64,000 nt of DNA, taken from NCBI GenBank assembly GCA_963693365.1, contig CAVNZM010000017.1:3140875-3204874 (forward strand), given 5' to 3'. The translations under genes and the position numbers were made by a program. The notes under the pieces were generated by a model, which saw nothing but the letters and a program-made list of their open reading frames with translations, searched no databases and was not told the DNA's origin. This stretch comes from Amoebidium appalachense. Its lineage: Eukaryota > Protista > Ichthyosporea. Of this stretch, positions 62,097 to 64,000 are shown piece after piece. Numbering within the stretch: the first letter of the stretch is position 1; each line of letters begins with the position of its first letter.

Positions 62097-62962
62097 TTTG
62101 CTAGAGAACAGCATCGCCGGTCCCCCCCATGTCTCCCGGAACCCAAGAGAACACCATGGCATCCCCAACCATCATGATGTCTCCCGGATCCTTGGAGAAC
62201 AGGTGCCGGGGGTGGACCCTGTTCGCCGATTGCTTTTTCCTAGGAGCGGGGCCTGGGGGGCATGAGGGGCACGCGAGGCACGGATGGCACAGTGGTCTCA
62301 CGGGTCTGTGTGCCACAGGCGCCCCCCCCAGCCCCCGGAACAGGCAACGCGGAACCACAACTTCGTTCCAAAGCAGCGCCAGATGTGCCAATAAACGGCC
62401 AAAGCAGCGCGCAGTTGGCTACCCCGCTATTCGATCTGATTGGTCGAAAGCGTTCAAGATCCTGACCAAGGTTTCAGAATCTGTTTGTAATCGTTGAAAG
62501 GACTATTTCTTCGCGATTTCTATTAGAAATGTGACCGAATTGTTTATAAAACTATCTTGAATATGAAATTGGGTATAAAACGTTTGATTTTATTCTTATG
62601 TTTGGTTCTAAGGGATAGAAGAGAAAAAGGCATCAGCTGTCATTGAAAAATCTTGAAGCACTGGCATTGCCTGCTCTTCGCGGGATCTGATTGGATCTTG
62701 AATTGGGTGTGATCCAATCCCCAGCAGCCAATCGTGCAGTTTGGTGATCTGGATCTGAAAGCATTCTCCCAATCAAACGCGTGACTGGGATATCATTTCG
62801 TCAGCATCAGTTGGGAATTGGCTTCTAAGGGCACGGCACAGCTGATAGGGTGTCACTTTCACACACCTTCTGTAGTGTCAACATCAAAGGCTTTGAAGTC
62901 GCTTGTTAGGTCGCCTTTTACTGATTTTTCGCTTTGCACCCCCATTTCTACACACACACACC

Positions 62963-63829
62963 ATGGAACAAGTAGGCAAGCGCAGCTACAAATGGCTGAC
63001 CGATCACCTTTTCACTAAGAACACCAAGGACAAATACATGGTCAAGTGCCGCGCTTGTGTCGCTGACATGCACAGCGACCAGATCCCCGCGCATGTGAAG
63101 GTGTGCAGGGAATTAAACCACTGCCAGGACGCCATCCTTGCCCTCGTCGCCGCAGAGAACGCCGTCGGGCCCGCGCGCGACAAGGTGCGTCCGTTGGTCA
63201 CGGAGTTCGGGGGGTGCGCAGTGGCTGCACAGTCCGTCGTGCCGGGTCTGCGCCAGTACCTGCAGCAGCCTGGGCGCAACGTCGTGGGCGCGGCTAAGGC
63301 ACGGGCGGTGGCGCAGGCGCTCCACGACATGGCAGAGGCGGCTCGGGCGGTTAAGGACGGGTATGTGGGTTTTTGGTCGGCGGAGGATGCTGTGGAGCGC
63401 AACAAGCAAGCGCTGCGCCATCGGATTGCCGAACGTGTCCACCGCCGCCAGGGCGGGGAGGGGCCCGGCCAGTTCGCCTACGTTCCCCGCCCCCCCCCCG
63501 GTTCTCCCCGTCCAAACCTCGTCCCCTTTGCGCTCACACCCGGGGAGCTTGCAAGTGGCAACGTGCTCCGGCAGTGCGAGATATTTCTGTTTGATCGAGT
63601 GCAGAGGGATCCGAAGTACCCTCCCGGGAAACGTATCGACTCGGACGATGTGTGGGGGGCGGAGGAGAGAGACTCTGCTCTTGCGGCATCGATCGATGAG
63701 TGGGCGGTGGAGGTTCCCGTTTGGTGGGATGAGGGCAACCACTATTTTGTTCAGGACATGGAGATGATTGAGCAGCGCCTGCGGGAGGGGTATGATTGGG
63801 TGATGAAGGTTGTTGCGGAGCTTGAGTGA
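62963..63829 (+). CDS. Hypothetical protein with an N-terminal C2HC-like zinc finger
   Basis: ACCATGG start; VKCRAC(x11)HVKVC; intronless 288-codon frame. Confidence 0.65.
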   Translation: MEQVGKRSYKWLTDHLFTKNTKDKYMVKCRACVADMHSDQIPAHVKVCRELNHCQDAILALVAAENAVGPARDKVRPLVTEFGGCAVAAQSVVPGLRQYLQQPGRNVVGAAKARAVAQALHDMAEAARAVKDGYVGFWSAEDAVERNKQALRHRIAERVHRRQGGEGPGQFAYVPRPPPGSPRPNLVPFALTPGELASGNVLRQCEIFLFDRVQRDPKYPPGKRIDSDDVWGAEERDSALAASIDEWAVEVPVWWDEGNHYFVQDMEMIEQRLREGYDWVMKVVAELE

Positions 63830-63834
63830 GGGCT

Positions 63835-63868
<34 letters not shown>

Positions 63869-64000
63869 GGGGGGGGTTGGTTTGATGGGATGGTGTTAGC
63901 ATGAGCTAGATGGGGGTTGGTTTGATGGAACGGTGTTAGCATGGGAGGGCTTGGAAGTTGTTTGATGTGCTTCCGGGAGAAGTTCATGCACGAAATAAAC

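Larger units (their letters stand above)
44221..64000. mobile_element. Large endogenous virus-like / giant-transposon-like island (right end outside the window; left boundary approximate, 43,270-44,221)
   Basis: Microsatellite-rich introns are abruptly lost. The region has dense, mostly intronless ORFs, a D5-like SF3 helicase, a PD-(D/E)XK nuclease, MYND, Fic, patatin and C2H2 cargo, and multiple tandem arrays and inverted repeats. Confidence 0.7.

Noticed and set aside
63870-63945. Short direct repeat GGGGGTTGGTTTGATGG..GGTGTTAGCATG x2
   Set aside because: Only two copies at the window edge, too little context to interpret.
44221-64000. Specific call as Polinton/adintovirus, virophage or NCLDV
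   Set aside because: No protein-primed PolB, capsid, packaging ATPase, protease or integrase is recognisable within the window.

Overview
Eukaryotic genomic DNA using the standard code with GT-AG introns. It looks like a unicellular opisthokont or other protist, but that is inference. The window has two very different halves. Bases ~1-43,200 are host-like: intron-rich genes whose introns are packed with poly(C)/poly(G), (CA)n/(GT)n and (GA)n. This half holds a complete 14-exon branched-chain alpha-keto acid dehydrogenase E2 gene (DBT, 6941-17327) and an 18-exon, ~1,500-aa secreted mosaic protein (28392-39590; Cys-rich repeats, two F-type-lectin/F5-8C-like domains, WSC, bacterial-type SdrD-B/Cna-B repeats, EGF). 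That second gene has one in-frame TAG and an antisense intronic tRNA-like gene. A TIR-bounded hAT remnant lies at 2970-5362. From ~44,200 to the end the DNA switches to a gene-dense, almost intronless, virus/giant-transposon-like island. It contains a ~386-bp near-perfect palindrome, several tandem arrays, and a ~6.2-kb module bracketed by long inverted repeats with a CCCTAA-containing satellite at its centre. Its genes encode a D5-like SF3 helicase, a double MYND protein, a C2H2 finger protein, patatin and Fic. The most striking observation is that the helicase gene is followed by two genes that reuse its parts: one is its N-terminal domain alone, the other is its C-terminal domain fused to a PD-(D/E)XK nuclease in place of the ATPase. 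A family of GC-rich imperfect hairpins marks these gene junctions. No capsid, DNA polymerase, integrase or full transposase gene is visible, so the element class cannot be fixed from this window. All homology calls are by eye from motifs; no database searches were run.
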